Assembly (NCBI GenBank): GCA_016783155.1 | Contig: JADHXB010000003.1 | Location: forward strand, 1 to 38,166 | Source of the DNA: Dehalococcoidia bacterium | Lineage (GTDB): Bacteria > Chloroflexota > Dehalococcoidia > GIF9 > UBA5629 | Length of the DNA: 38,166 nt | Direction: 5' to 3' | In this document: positions 35,318 through 38,166 of the stretch, piece by piece | How the letters are laid out: each line of letters starts with the position of its first letter | How positions within the stretch are numbered: the first letter of the stretch is position 1 | Translations under genes and position numbers: made by a program | The notes under the pieces: generated by a model | The model's input: the letters and a program-made list of their open reading frames with translations, nothing else | Told to the model about the DNA's origin: nothing | The model's database searches: none

Positions 35318-38166
35318 TCAACGGTAATATCTTCGGCGACCTATATAGATTATCAGAAGGTATATCAGAAAAGCAGTGACCAGTGAGCCTGCGACGATGA
35401 TGGCAATCAGTGCTCCGCTCATTGAATGACGTGGATTACTTGTCTCTTCCAGACTCGCCTTCTCCACGATGGTGAAGAATGACTTGTGGCCGTTGATCTC
35501 TACCGTGTACGTCCCCGGCTCGGATTTGACTACCTCGAATTCTAGGAGTATAGCCGCCTGCCTGTCGATGTTTCCCGACCTGGTCTGCTCAACCTCTCCA
35601 TTTACCTTCAATTCAAAGCTGTAGCTGCCTTCCGCGTAGTCCTGGTTAAACACGTTTGCTAGTATGGTCACCGGCTGGTTGGAGGTAGTTTGCTGTGGTT
35701 GCAAGTTTAACATTAGCACCAGAATCCTCGGCACCACGGTCCCCGGAGGAGCTGGTGCAGTTCGTCTTGGCAACGACTGTGTAGTAGGCAAGATAGTCTG
35801 GGTAAGCGGGCTTGAGGTACTGGTGTTGAAGTTGCCGTCGCCTCCGTATTCGGCGGTGATGGTATGCCTTCCCACTGACAGGTTGGAGGTGCTGAGGGTT
35901 GCCTGCCCTGAGGCAAGGGTTCCGGTACCCAGCGTTACCGCTCCCTCCTTGAAGGTAACGGTGCCGGATGGCATGCCTGCGCCAGGTAGTACCGCCGAAA
36001 CGGTGGCGGTGAAGGTGACCGATTGGCCGAACACCGAGGGATTCTGAGATGAGTTCAGGGCTGTGCTGGTATCTGCCTTGCCGACGGTCTGGGTGAGCGG
36101 GTTTGAGATGCTGGCGTTGAAGTTGCCGTCGCCTCCATATTCGGTGGTGATATTGTGGTTACCCACCGACAGGTCGGAGGTGGTGAAGGTTACCTGTCCA
36201 GAGGCATCGAGGGTGGCGGTATCAATTGTTACACCTCCATCCTTGAAGGTGACAGTGCCCGTGGGCGTACCTGTGCCTGGTGCTGCTGCCGAGACGGTGG
36301 CGGTGAAGGTGACCGGCTCGCCGTACACCGATGGATTGAGGTTGGAGTCCAGAGTTGTCGCGGTATCTGCCTTGTTGACGGTCTGGGTGAGGGGGCTTGA
36401 GGCGCTGGTGTTGAAGTTGCCGTCGCCTCCGTATTCGGCGGTAATGTTATGAACTCCCACCGACAGGTCGGAGGTGGTGAAAGTTGCCTGACCCGAGGCA
36501 AGTGTCCCTGTCCCCAGCGTCGTCGTTCCCTCCTTGAAGGTGGCAGTACCGGTGGATGTGCCTGCGCCGGGTAGTACTGCCGTGACCGTGGCGGTAAAGG
36601 TGACCGACTGTCCGTACACCGAGGGATTCTGAGATGAGCCCAGTGTTGTGCTGGTATCTGCCTTGTTAACGGTCTGGGTGAGTGGTGGGCTTGGGGCGCT
36701 GGTGTTGAAGTTGCCGTCTCCTTCATATTCGGCGGTGATATTATGGTCTCCTGCCGACAGGCTGGAGGTGGTGAAGGTTGCCTGACCCGCACCATTTAAA
36801 TTTCCGGTGCCTAGTGTTGCCGCTCCCTCCTTGAAGTTGACGGTACCGGTGGGCGTACCTGCGCCGGGTGCTACCGCCGAGACCGTGGCAGTGAAGTTGA
36901 CCGACTGGCCGTACACCGAGGGATTCTGAGATGAGACCAGGGCTGTGCTGGTATCTGCCTTGTTAACGGTCTGTGCAAGCGGGCTTAAGGGACTGAAGTT
37001 AAAGTTGCCGTCGCCTCCGTATTCGGCGGTGACGGTATGGTCTCCGATTGACAGGCTGGAGGTGGTTAAGGTCGCCTGACCTGAGGCATCGAGGGTTCTG
37101 GTGCCCAGCGATGTGGCTCCATCCATGAAGGTGATGTTACCCGGTGGGTATGCCCGCGCCCGGTGCTACCGCTGAGACTGTAGCGGTGAAGGTGACCGAT
37201 TGGCCGTACAGCGAGGGGTTATGAGATGAGCCCAGGGCGGTGCTGGTATCTGCCTTGTTGACGGTCTGGGTGAGTGGTGGGCTTGAGGCGCTGGTGTTGA
37301 AGTTGCCGTCGCCTCCATATTCGGCGGTGATGTTATGAACTCCCACCGACAGGGTGGAGGTGGTGAACGTTGCCTGACCCGAGGCAAGGGCTCCGGCACT
37401 TATCTGTACCCCGCCATCCTTGAAGGTAACGGTTCCTGTGGGCGTGCCTGCGCCGGGTGGTACTGCTGAGACGGTAGCGGTGAAGGTTACCGACTGCCCG
37501 AACACTGAAGGGTTCTGAGACGAGACCAGATCTGTGATGGTATTTGCCTTGTTAACGGTCTGTGCAAGCGGGTTTAAGGGACTGAAGTTAAAGTTGCCGT
37601 CTCCTCCGTATTCTGCGGTTATGGTATGGTCTCCCACTGTCAGGTTGTCGATGGTTATACTCGCCTGACCTGAGGCATCTAGAGTTTTAGTGCCCAGCGT
37701 AGTGGCTCCGTCCATGAAGGTAACGTTGCCTGTTGGTGTACCTGCGCCGGGTGGTACTGCTGAGACGGTGGCGGTGAAGGTAACAGATTGGCCGTATACG
37801 GAAGGATTGGCGTCGGAAATCAGTGTTATGGTGGTATTTGCCGTGTTAACCGTATGTAGGGTTGGGACAACGGCGCTGGCGTAGTAATTGGAATCACCAC
37901 CATACGGTGCGCTTATAGTATGGTTACCCGCTGACAGGCTGGAGATGATTAAAGTTGCTTGAGCTGAGGCGTTGAGCGTCCTGGTACCCAGCGTTGCCGC
38001 TCCGTCCATGAAGGTAACCGTGCCGGTTGGTACTGGCGCGCATGGCTGTTGCCACGAGATGGTGGTGGTGAAGGTTACCGGCTGACCATATACCGAGGGG
38101 CTGGGAATGGCGTTCACCGTTGATGTGGTGAGGGGGCAGATATCCATGGCATATTTAAGGCTGCCG
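35318..38166 (-). pseudogene. Large surface protein with tandem Ig-like (group 3) repeats, CARDB-like domain and C-terminal TM; one +1 frameshift at 37140-37142; 5' end lies outside the window
   Basis: ~97-aa repeats NPSVYGQSVTFTATV...G.H.ITAEYGGDGNF; removing one base joins the two ORFs (GIPTG-NITF-MDG); frame stays open to the window end (GSLKYAMD). Confidence 0.8.

Overview
The window has two parts. (1) Positions ~130-18351 are a complete ~18.2 kb integrative element inserted into the 3' half of tRNA-Thr(CGT), bounded by a 42-bp attL/attR direct repeat. It carries a tyrosine integrase that reads through the att site, an excisionase, a primase/helicase-like Rep with internal iterons and a terminase-small-subunit-like protein. 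I see no capsid, relaxase or CI-type repressor genes, so it looks like a phage satellite or mobilisable element. Cargo: a large surface-anchored NlpC/P60 protein, toxin-antitoxin genes, an array of small Cys-rich genes plus Gp157 punctuated by a 32-bp repeat, a DGQHR + HEPN-like pair, and an unusual module of an amino-DNA-methyltransferase converging on an HhH-GPD/FeS DNA-glycosylase-like gene. (2) Positions 18458-38166 are host chromosome: two divergent corrinoid methyl-transfer operons (4 non-pyrrolysine MttB-family enzymes, 3 corrinoid proteins, 2 methyl-THF methyltransferases, an ASKHA/RACo activator, DUF1638, a stand-alone MetH activation domain, a Cys-less asparagine-synthetase homolog, a PhnP-like hydrolase) and a frameshifted Ig-repeat surface protein that runs off the window end. 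Gene content suggests an anaerobic Chloroflexota (Dehalococcoidia-like) host; this is inference. All family calls come from motif recognition by eye, not database searches.
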